Below, piece by piece: positions 40,308 to 48,857 of a stretch of DNA of 64,000 bases. The stretch is from positions 64,001-128,000 of the forward strand of contig OZ242164.1 in assembly GCA_965205335.1 (NCBI GenBank). The letters are read 5' to 3'. The notes under the pieces are model-generated. The model did not search any database, had not been told where the DNA came from, and was given only the letters and a program-made list of their open reading frames with translations. The first letter of the stretch is position 1; each line of letters opens with the position of its first letter. Source of the stretch: Candidatus Woesearchaeota archaeon. Lineage in GTDB: Archaea; Nanobdellota; Nanobdellia; Woesearchaeales; UBA583. The position numbers were made by a program, and so were the translations under genes.

Positions 40308-40547
40308 ATGTTGGATGAAGAAGTTTATAAGAGAATCAAAGTTCTATCTAATGAAAAAAGATTTAAGATTCTTCAATTGGTTTCAGAAAGAGAATATACA
40401 ATTACTGAATTAAGTTCCAAGTTAGAATTGACTTATAATAAAAGTAGGGATTATGTAACTATAATGCACTCTCTAGGTCTTGTGACTAAAGTAAAGAAAG
40501 GCAGAAATGTTTTAGTTTCTACAAAAGTAAAGATTGTTATTTCTTAG
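40308..40547 (+). CDS. ArsR-family wHTH regulator
   Basis: LSNEKRFKILQLV...TITELS...LGLV...KKGR. Confidence 0.85.
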   Translation: MLDEEVYKRIKVLSNEKRFKILQLVSEREYTITELSSKLELTYNKSRDYVTIMHSLGLVTKVKKGRNVLVSTKVKIVIS

Positions 40548-40583
40548 TATTCAAAAATATTTTTTATAATAAAAATTTATGAT

Positions 40584-42068
40584 TTATTCGTATATTTTTC
40601 TGAGTTTCTCCTTAATATTATTACAAATTTCAAAATTATCTTTTGTTATTTCTTGATATATTTTAAAAGGCTTATTATTTGAGCCTTCATCTATCTCTAA
40701 TTCATCAGCTAGATTATTCTCTAATATAATGCTATAACCTAAGTTTTCATCTATTTTATTTTCTATTTCTGGAAAATCTTTCTCTCCGTCAGAATCATAT
40801 ACTGAAACATATTTGATTTTGAAGGCATTTAGGAATCCTATATAAGCAACTTGATTTTGCTTATTTTCACAATTTATTATTGAATAAGAGAACTTAAAGT
40901 AACTTGGCAGAAATTCATTAATTAATATTGGGATAGCAATTTTTTCAGATGGACCTTCAACTAAGATAACTTTATCAGCGAAGAAAACTTCATTTCTTTC
41001 AGGGTTTAACCAAAAAGTTAGATTTAGATTTCTGACTTTTTCTTGTCTTAATCTATCATCTCCTTCAAATTCAAATAAATCGTCTTTAATCTGCAGTATA
41101 TTAGTATTATTACTTTTTTTCTCTAACTTTATTATTGATTTGTAATCTCTTAGTTCCAGAAAGTAACCAGAGTGTGTTGTTAGAAAAATTGTATTTCCTC
41201 CTTCTGCCAGAGTTTTTAATATAGAGTAAAGTTCCCTTTGCATTTGTGGGTGTAGATAGATTTCAGGTTCTTCAAATAATAATATAAATTTCTTGTTATT
41301 ATTTTTTAATTTATTGAAAACTTTTAATAAAACAAATAAGAAATTCCTTTGAAAACCCATTCCTTTATTTTCTAAATCTGTCTCAGTTCCATCATCAAAT
41401 ATATAATTAGTATTTAATTTTATTATTTCTCTAAAATCTGGAAAATTAAACTCAAAATCAAATCTACAATCCCAATTAGATAACTCCTCTTCAATATTTT
41501 CTTTTAATTCCTTGATTTTATCAAAATAATATTCTCCATTTCCATCTTTGTTCATTTTATCTTTAATTAAAGTAAAATTGTCATTAATATTTCTGAATTC
41601 TTCTTCATCTTGCAAATTTGAAAATAGGTTATCAATTACTTTATTTAAAAAGTTACTCTTATTTTTTGGTGAAATTTCTTCATTAGAGTCTTTTAATAGG
41701 GCAGGTATGTAGTAAATCTCATCAGTTATTGGTTCTTTAAAGACTTTACTTCTTCCATCATAATTAGGATATTTGTTATATATTTCTCCTTCCTTTCTCT
41801 CAACTTTAACTTCTTCTTTTGAGAAACTTTTTTTAATTATTTCCTTCCCTTCTCCATCCTCAAATTCAATCTCAATAAATCCTTCTTCTCCTCCTTTTCT
41901 TATATAACTTTCATCAAATTTTATTTTGTTGAAGAAAAATAGAAGAGCAGTCAAAATATTTGTTTTCCCAAAACTATTTTTACCAACCAAAATATTTAAA
42001 TTATTTATTTTTAATTCTATATCCTTTATAGATTTCCAGTTATATATTTTTATTTTCACGGGTTTCAT
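40584..42068 (-). CDS. OLD-family ATP-dependent nuclease (ABC ATPase plus TOPRIM)
   Basis: GKNSFGKT, KGMGFQR, FEEPEIYLHP, TTHS, LVEGPSE, YDSD. Confidence 0.9.
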   Translation of the reverse strand: MKPVKIKIYNWKSIKDIELKINNLNILVGKNSFGKTNILTALLFFFNKIKFDESYIRKGGEEGFIEIEFEDGEGKEIIKKSFSKEEVKVERKEGEIYNKYPNYDGRSKVFKEPITDEIYYIPALLKDSNEEISPKNKSNFLNKVIDNLFSNLQDEEEFRNINDNFTLIKDKMNKDGNGEYYFDKIKELKENIEEELSNWDCRFDFEFNFPDFREIIKLNTNYIFDDGTETDLENKGMGFQRNFLFVLLKVFNKLKNNNKKFILLFEEPEIYLHPQMQRELYSILKTLAEGGNTIFLTTHSGYFLELRDYKSIIKLEKKSNNTNILQIKDDLFEFEGDDRLRQEKVRNLNLTFWLNPERNEVFFADKVILVEGPSEKIAIPILINEFLPSYFKFSYSIINCENKQNQVAYIGFLNAFKIKYVSVYDSDGEKDFPEIENKIDENLGYSIILENNLADELEIDEGSNNKPFKIYQEITKDNFEICNNIKEKLRKIYE

Positions 42069-42071
42069 TGT

Positions 42072-42284
42072 TCAATTTATTTTTTCATAGTGAAAGTTCT
42101 TAGTCAAATATTTTTGAACAAAACTTCCTAATGAATCTGAACTTCTAAATCTTTCATAAGTTATTTTATCAACTCCAAAATATTGATAAATACTCCCCCC
42201 TTTAAACTCAATCTCTAAAATCTCATCTTCTTTATTATAGCCGACTGAAACTAAATTACTTGACTCAACTTCTTCTCTTTCCAT
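42072..42284 (-). CDS. KTSC-domain protein
   Basis: VESSNLVSVGY...LEIEF..G.IYQY..V....Y......S.GSF. Confidence 0.9.
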   Translation of the reverse strand: MEREEVESSNLVSVGYNKEDEILEIEFKGGSIYQYFGVDKITYERFRSSDSLGSFVQKYLTKNFHYEKIN

Positions 42285-42682
42285 AATAAGAGAATTTATT
42301 ACTTTCTTTTAAATATTCCTATATTTCACAAAACTCGCCTAATTCAATTTTTTCAATATAATCCTTATCAGTTAATTTTATTTTAAATTTATAGAAATTC
42401 CTCCTATAAATGTAATTATAATTACAATAATTCCCAATATCGTCCAAAAAGGAGGTAAGCCCATGTAATCTTTAATTCAAGGCATTATATAAATTTTTGG
42501 ACAAATGTTAGTTATTTTACCTAATTCCTATAGATACTATTGAGAAAATATTTGGGAATTATGATTTTATTAATAAAGGTTGGGAGGCTTTGAATTATTC
42601 TCTTATAGTAAAACTTAAGTTTATTAATAATAAAAAATTTCTAACAATAATATTTATAAAAAAATTATAATCTTATTTATAG

Positions 42683-43297
42683 ATGAAAAAATTTGATTTA
42701 AATATTGAGAAGGTACTTGAAGATTGGGAGATACATCATGCCATTAGAGAAGTAATTGCAAATGCACTTGATGAACAAGCATTAACAAATACAGAGGAAA
42801 TCAGAATTTATAGGGATAAAGATGATGAGTGGCATATACAAGATTATGGTAGAGGTCTTAAATATGAACATCTTACACAAAACGAATGTGATGAAAAATT
42901 AAAGAATCCTGAAAAAGTGATTGGGAAATTTGGAGTTGGTTTGAAGGATGCTTTTGCAACGTTTGACCGAAATAATATTGAAATAACAATTAAATCTAAA
43001 TTTAATGATATAACTCTTGGAAAATCGGAGAAAACTGATTTTGAAGATATAATCACACTGCATGCGTTAGTTTCAGAACCATCAGATCAAAATTTTGTTG
43101 GAACTGACATAATCCTAAGAGACATTAGTGAACAAGATATTAAAATAGCAAAGAGTTTTTTTCTAAAATTTTCAGATAAGAGATTATTGGAAAAAACCAA
43201 ATACGGATCTGTTTTAGATAAGAAGAAAAATATGTCTTATATGATGAGAAAGTATTTTTTAGGTTTTTTAATTTTCAAAATAAGGAAGAGTTTCTAA
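42683..43297 (+). pseudogene. GHKL ATPase N-terminal fragment joined to an unrelated headless ORF (~43222-43527)
   Basis: AIREVIANALDE, QDYGRG, IGKFGVGLKDA, GT; a ~100-codon start-less frame begins at ~43222. Confidence 0.65.
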
Positions 43298-43600
43298 AAA
43301 TTAAAAACATTGATTCAAATAAAATTTATTTAGTTAAAAGCATCAATACTTGGTCTATATTAGATTTAAAACCTGAAAAAATTAAGAATCTGAAAACAGG
43401 GGAACATATTAAATGTTTTTGTAAAAAAGAAGAAATATCAATTGACTCTTTTTCACAAGAGAAACCAAAAGACTTTGTTTTTTATTTTCCATATTATCTT
43501 GAAAAAACTAAAGAAAACAATTTTTGAACCTTAATTTTTCTATTTAGAATTATTTCATATTGGAAAATTACTCTGAATATGATAAAAGGGATTTTCAGAT

Positions 43601-44758
43601 TTATTCTCCAATCATTTTGCACATTATATTAATCCCCTTTCTTAATTCATCTTCTGTATAATAATTTTTTCTATTAATGATATTTTCATCATTAGTCCCA
43701 GCAATTAATCCTAATGTATTTGGATTATCTCCTAAATGATGTATTTGGTGTCTTATATATACTAAATCTGGATGTTCTTGCTCTGTGCCATTATTTCTAT
43801 AATATATTCTTTCACTACTAAGTACATTAATATCATTAATTCTATCTTCAAGCTCATCTCCTAATTTTCCTTCTAATTTATTGTATAACCAAATATATAA
43901 TAATTCATCTTCAATTCCATAAACAATATTTCTTTCAGATAGTTTTGTCACATTATTTTCCTTAATAAAAGAATAAATAACTTTATCATCATCCATGTTT
44001 TTAAAGGCAAAGTAAGGGTCATGTGTTGTTATAATTATTTGAATATTATCTTCTTTTGAAATCTCTTCTAAGGTATTATTTAAAGTTCTTTTTAATTTAG
44101 GGTGTAAATAAATTTCTGGTTCTTCAAATAATATCAATATTTTTTTACCTTGTAATAAACCTCTTTCTTTTAATAAGTCTTTGTATGACTTTAAAATTGA
44201 GGATACTATTATTCTCTGTGTTCCTTGTCCTAATTTATCTAAATTCACATCTCTTCCACTTTCATTGCAAGTTATATTATCTATAATCGCCTGAATTACA
44301 ACTTCTCTTTTCAAATTATCGTTAAAATTAATTTCTAATTCATGGTTTTGACTTCCAGTAAATTTTTTTAAGTTATTATTTGTTTTACTTATAACATCTG
44401 AAATTATATTTTTAACATCTTCTCTGTTATCTAATTGAAAATCTATATCTAGTTCAGAAAAGAGTTTTGTCAGTTTTTTTATTAAATTAGTATTTGAGGC
44501 AGAAGCCTTACACTCACTATTAGCAGGACTAACGTTATCACATGGAAAATGAATTAATTCTATACTATTAATATCTATTATTGTGTCATTCTCATCATAC
44601 ATTTTGATATATCTTTTATTATTTATTGCATTAATAAATGTTGTCTTACCTGCATTATTTTCACCAGTAATAATTAATAAATTTTCTAATTCTATTTCGA
44701 AACCAGAAGGAATACATCTATCTTCCTGAGTAAATTTTATTTTCTTAATCATTTTCAT
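43601..44758 (-). CDS. ABC/AAA ATPase (OLD-like) with a short C-terminal domain, possibly HEPN-like
   Basis: GENNAGKT, LGQGTQR, FEEPEIYLHP, TTHD; C-terminal IRHQIHH (Rx4H). Confidence 0.8.
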   Translation of the reverse strand: MKMIKKIKFTQEDRCIPSGFEIELENLLIITGENNAGKTTFINAINNKRYIKMYDENDTIIDINSIELIHFPCDNVSPANSECKASASNTNLIKKLTKLFSELDIDFQLDNREDVKNIISDVISKTNNNLKKFTGSQNHELEINFNDNLKREVVIQAIIDNITCNESGRDVNLDKLGQGTQRIIVSSILKSYKDLLKERGLLQGKKILILFEEPEIYLHPKLKRTLNNTLEEISKEDNIQIIITTHDPYFAFKNMDDDKVIYSFIKENNVTKLSERNIVYGIEDELLYIWLYNKLEGKLGDELEDRINDINVLSSERIYYRNNGTEQEHPDLVYIRHQIHHLGDNPNTLGLIAGTNDENIINRKNYYTEDELRKGINIMCKMIGE

Positions 44759-44792
44759 TTAACCTCTGAATTATTTATATATTTATTCATCT

Positions 44793-45425
44793 TTATCTGT
44801 CTCTATTTTTTACTTCTAAAAGTTTTTCAATTATTTTGTGTATCATTGTGGATGGATTGCTTTTCTCAGAAAGCATTTCTATCTCTTTACTTTTCATTTC
44901 TTCTTCTATTTTCTTGGAGTTCTTTATTGCTTTCTTTATTTTTGGATATAGATGTCCTTTTATTATCTCTTTAATCTTAGATTTTGAATACTTTCCACTA
45001 GGAAGACATTCTCCTAATTCTTTTTTTACTTCCTTGTTTGTCATACTTCTATTTAACCTATCCTTAAAATGTAATAAAAACCACAACTCTAAAGAGGGAT
45101 TTGAAAGAATCAGTTTGATTTCTTTATACCCTGCAATTTCTTTCTTTGCTTCATCAATCTTTTTCTGCTTGTGATTATCTAAATCAAACACACAAAAATA
45201 TTTATCCCCTAGTATGAAGTTGTTCTCTCGCTCGTTCTTTTTCAAAAGTTCAACTGCTATTTTAGAAATGTTTTTAGGGTCTTTTTGCTTTGAAACGACA
45301 CATTCAATATTTAAATTATAAATTCTCAATATTTCTTTTAGAGTTTCAAAATACTTTTGTTCTGTTTTACCCTCACATATGATGTGAAATGTATTAATAG
45401 TAATATTTTTTGAAACTCTTGCCAT
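44793..45425 (-). CDS. rloB: RloB-family protein
   Basis: ICEGKTEQKYF, CVFDLD, SNPSLELWFLLHF, NPST. Confidence 0.9.
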   Translation of the reverse strand: MARVSKNITINTFHIICEGKTEQKYFETLKEILRIYNLNIECVVSKQKDPKNISKIAVELLKKNERENNFILGDKYFCVFDLDNHKQKKIDEAKKEIAGYKEIKLILSNPSLELWFLLHFKDRLNRSMTNKEVKKELGECLPSGKYSKSKIKEIIKGHLYPKIKKAIKNSKKIEEEMKSKEIEMLSEKSNPSTMIHKIIEKLLEVKNRDR

Positions 45426-45428
45426 TTT

Positions 45429-46664
45429 CTAATTAGATTCTTTGATGATTATTGGGATTGCTCCAAATCTTCCGCTATAGTAAGCCTTTTTTATATCTAA
45501 GTCTTTTCTTATACCTTTAAAGTCATATACAGAAACTAAACTTGTATTTTTATTTGGAGCTTTTTCCATAAACCAGATTTGGTCTCTCCTTAATAGATTG
45601 AGATCCAAAAGATCTGTATTATGTGTAGTAAATATCAATTGTGAACTCTTATTTTTTTTACTATTGAAGATATTAACAATATGTTCCATTATTAATGGAT
45701 GCAAACTTTTTTCTAATTCATCAATCAATAATACTTTATTATTTTCAAGAGCATCAATTATACTTCCAGCAATTGAAAATATTTTCTGAGTTCCAGATGA
45801 TTCTTCATTAAAGTCAAAAGATATTGACTCATTTTTACCCTCATTTTCCTGCTCATGTATAAATTCTATTTTGTATTTACGATCTAATAAGATTTGTTTA
45901 CGTAATTTTCTAGGAATATCTGGAGGCATATCATCTTCTGATATCTTTTTAATTTTAATATCAACAATTCCTAGATCACATGATTTTAATAAGTTCATAA
46001 TTTTGTTTTTAAGTTTTTTATTCTTATACATTAACTCAGTTGTCTCATCTTTATCAAACAAATTATCAAATAAATTAAATCCATTATTATCTGAAATTGA
46101 GATTATAATATTCTCCTTGAACCATAAATATATATCTCTTAATATTCCTTCTTCTTTTAAATTTACTGCTCTTGATATAAATAACATATTGTCTAATGTT
46201 TGTTGTGAATATGATTTGTATGATTTATATTTTCTGCCATACGAAAATTTCTCAGTTTCTTCCCTAAGATATATTTTTTTTCTGCCTTCATATAAAGATT
46301 CAGAATAAATTCTTTCATTATCTAATGAAACCATATATATATACCTATTATTATTAAGCAAGAACTCAATTTCAAAACTACTTTTCTTTTTTAGGTATTT
46401 CCTATTCAATCTATATGGAATTCTATTTGTTCTATATCTTGCTGAATTACTATGTGAAAATAAAATTAACTCTAAAAAAAACTTAAATGCTTTTAACAAA
46501 TTTGTTTTTCCTGATGCATTATGTCCATAAATTACACAGGATTTTAATAATCCGTTACCAAAAACATTATCTTTTAATGAATTATCATTACTTCCTGCCA
46601 CTAAGTCAAGAGTTACCTTATCTCTTATAGATAAAAAGTTTTCTACACTGAATTTTGTTATCAT
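45429..46664 (-). CDS. rloA: RloA-like AAA_21 ATPase
   Basis: YGHNASGKTN, EESSGTQK, IDELEKSLHP, QLIFTTH, RRDQIWF, Y..GRFGAIP. Confidence 0.88.
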   Translation of the reverse strand: MITKFSVENFLSIRDKVTLDLVAGSNDNSLKDNVFGNGLLKSCVIYGHNASGKTNLLKAFKFFLELILFSHSNSARYRTNRIPYRLNRKYLKKKSSFEIEFLLNNNRYIYMVSLDNERIYSESLYEGRKKIYLREETEKFSYGRKYKSYKSYSQQTLDNMLFISRAVNLKEEGILRDIYLWFKENIIISISDNNGFNLFDNLFDKDETTELMYKNKKLKNKIMNLLKSCDLGIVDIKIKKISEDDMPPDIPRKLRKQILLDRKYKIEFIHEQENEGKNESISFDFNEESSGTQKIFSIAGSIIDALENNKVLLIDELEKSLHPLIMEHIVNIFNSKKNKSSQLIFTTHNTDLLDLNLLRRDQIWFMEKAPNKNTSLVSVYDFKGIRKDLDIKKAYYSGRFGAIPIIIKESN

Positions 46665-46802
46665 GTTACATTACAGAATATCCACTTATTTATAAATATT
46701 TGTGAAAATATCACAAAAATAATAGAATTTTAGTTAAATATTGTGCAAAATTTCTTGATTTTTGAAATAGGAAATGATTTGAGGGTGATAGGGTTTGATG
46801 TT

Positions 46803-46871
46803 ATATCGTTTTGCTGACGTCAGCAAAATGGTTAAAAACATCACTTCTGGTTGTCTTACAAGATTCTTTTT
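46803..46871 (-). pseudogene. dinD: DinD-like fragment containing a 24-bp palindrome
   Basis: KESCKTTRSDVFNHFADVSKTI*; CGTTTTGCTGACGTCAGCAAAATG at 46807-46830. Confidence 0.55.
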
Positions 46872-46993
46872 AAGTTCTTTACCGTTTGCGAGTACAAAAA
46901 TAAAGTAGTTTCTATTGTTTTTCTTTGAATTTTGCGGAAAATCTTCAAAAATTAGCGAAAATTATTTAAATACAGACGAATTATTCTATAATT

Positions 46994-48265
46994 ATGCTAA
47001 TTAGTTTCAAAGTTAAGAATTTTTTATCAATAAAAGATGAAATTGAGTTGAGTTTAGACTCTACATCTAGCAAATCTAATCCTAAGAATTTGTTTAAGGC
47101 GGGAGGTTATACTCTATTAAAATCTTGTGTAATTTATGGTCCTAATGCTTCAGGCAAGTCAAATATTATCAAAGCAATTTTTTTTGTATGGAATTTAGTT
47201 AAAAATTCACTTAATTTTAATGAGGATGTTAGATTATCAGATCCTCCATTTAATTTGAGGCAATTTAAATTAGATAAAAAGATGTCCCAAATGCCAAGTG
47301 AGTTTGAAATTCATTTTATTAAAAATGATATTGAGTACATATATGGTTTTTCCTGTAATGAAACTAAGATAATTAAGGAGTTTCTGAAGTATAAACCAAA
47401 GAGGGAAAATTTTAAAGAAATTTTTGCGAGAAATGAACAATCCAAAGAGGAATTCAAATTTACTCATGATAAGAATAAACAAAAGAAAATTGAGGAATTT
47501 ACAAATAAAAACACATTGTATTTGTCAAAATCAACTCAGTTTAATTATGAAAAGATAAAACCTGCTTATGATTTTCTTGCTAATGAATTAGTTATTAACC
47601 ATAATCCTGCTTCAAGTATTGATACAATGAAAAAAATCTATGGGGATGTCAAATTTAAAGATAAAGTGGTTGATATATTAGAGAGAACAGATTTTGGAGG
47701 AATTGTTGACTTAAATGTGAGGAAAAAGAAAATGAAAGTTAGGGAGATTAAATTTGAAGGTGAGAGCACAAAACTTAATGAGTTTGCTGATGAAAAAGAT
47801 TTTTATAATCTAAAAATATCTCACCTAACTAAGGATGGTAAGGTAGAATATTTTGAGATAAATGAAGAATCAATAGGGACCCAGAAAGTATTTAACATGT
47901 TAGGACCAATCTTTAATACTTTTGAAACTGGAAAAGTTTTAATTATTGATGAATTAGACTCAAGTTTACATCCGAATATTACTCGTTTTTTAGTTAAGTT
48001 ATTTAGTAGCAAGTATAATAAGAAGAATGGGCAAATTATTTTTACGACACATGACACAACTTTATTGAAAGATGAGGAATTACTTAGGAGAGATCAGGTT
48101 TACCTTTGTTCTAAAAGACCTAATGAACAAACAGAGTTATATAGTTTAGTTGATTTTAAGTTAAGAGAAGATATGAACTTTGAGAAAGCCTATTTTGGAG
48201 GAAGAGTTGGAGGACTTCCATTCATTGATGAAACTTTTTTTGATGAAAATGACGAGGAGAAATAG
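46994..48265 (+). CDS. rloA: Second RloA-like AAA_21 ATPase
   Basis: YGPNASGKSN, EESIGTQK, IDELDSSLHP, RRDQVY, Y..GRVGGLP. Confidence 0.88.
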   Translation: MLISFKVKNFLSIKDEIELSLDSTSSKSNPKNLFKAGGYTLLKSCVIYGPNASGKSNIIKAIFFVWNLVKNSLNFNEDVRLSDPPFNLRQFKLDKKMSQMPSEFEIHFIKNDIEYIYGFSCNETKIIKEFLKYKPKRENFKEIFARNEQSKEEFKFTHDKNKQKKIEEFTNKNTLYLSKSTQFNYEKIKPAYDFLANELVINHNPASSIDTMKKIYGDVKFKDKVVDILERTDFGGIVDLNVRKKKMKVREIKFEGESTKLNEFADEKDFYNLKISHLTKDGKVEYFEINEESIGTQKVFNMLGPIFNTFETGKVLIIDELDSSLHPNITRFLVKLFSSKYNKKNGQIIFTTHDTTLLKDEELLRRDQVYLCSKRPNEQTELYSLVDFKLREDMNFEKAYFGGRVGGLPFIDETFFDENDEEK

Positions 48266-48449
48266 GAATATTAAAAAATCTACTAGAACTTTATGGATAT
48301 TTTGTGAAGGTCATACTGAAGATAGATATTTTAAGAATTTGAAGTTTAATGAGCGTTTGAGAATCAAATCTAGAAATATGGAAGTTGCATATTTGCAAAT
48401 TATAGAATCACCAGGTTTTAAATTTTTTGTAGTTGAAAATAGACTTTAA
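48249..48449 (+). pseudogene. rloB: Truncated RloB
   Basis: IFCEGHTEDRYF, then similarity is lost after ~40 aa; MITE 20 bp downstream. Confidence 0.75.
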
Positions 48450-48468
48450 ATTAACAACTCATAATTGG

Positions 48469-48596
48469 GGCACTGTCCGGAAATTCAAGAGAACTTAAAA
48501 TGTTATATAAATAAAGCAATTTTTGATAAATAATTTTTTTCTTTGATTGAATATGGCTAGCATAAATTTTAGAAAAAACAATTTCAGGACAGAGCC
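48469..48596. mobile_element. Complete 128-bp MITE (opposite orientation)
   Basis: GGCACTGTCCGGAAATT...AATTTCAGGACAGAGCC. Confidence 0.88.
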
Positions 48597-48641
48597 ATAC
48601 CACCCAAGTATTTTTAAAATGGAGTATGTTTTTAATTATTT

Positions 48642-48857
48642 ATGGAGAAGCCAAAGGAAGAGATAGAAGATGACAAAGTTCAGGAGGCTTGTGGGAAACT
48701 AACTGGTGAAGAAAGAGAAATTAAGGAATTTGTGATGAAGATAAAAAATGAAGATCCTGAATTTAATTCAATAGTAGATTGTGTGATTGAGAGTGTTTCC
48801 AAGAATGGATTTTCAGAGAATACTTTTGAACAGAAATTTAGAAATAAAAATGAATAA
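48642..48857 (+). CDS. Small acidic protein coupled to the RloC-like gene
   Basis: TTTTAAAA box upstream; 8-bp overlap with ATG 48850. Confidence 0.55.
   Translation: MEKPKEEIEDDKVQEACGKLTGEEREIKEFVMKIKNEDPEFNSIVDCVIESVSKNGFSENTFEQKFRNKNE

Noticed and set aside
3910-42068. Gabija (OLD nuclease plus UvrD helicase)
   Set aside because: The helicase is more than 14 kb from any OLD gene and has a helicase IV-like membrane architecture
46807-46830. Operator or terminator for the rloA genes
   Set aside because: Better explained as the palindromic HFADVSK-coding segment of a dinD fragment; a secondary regulatory role is not excluded
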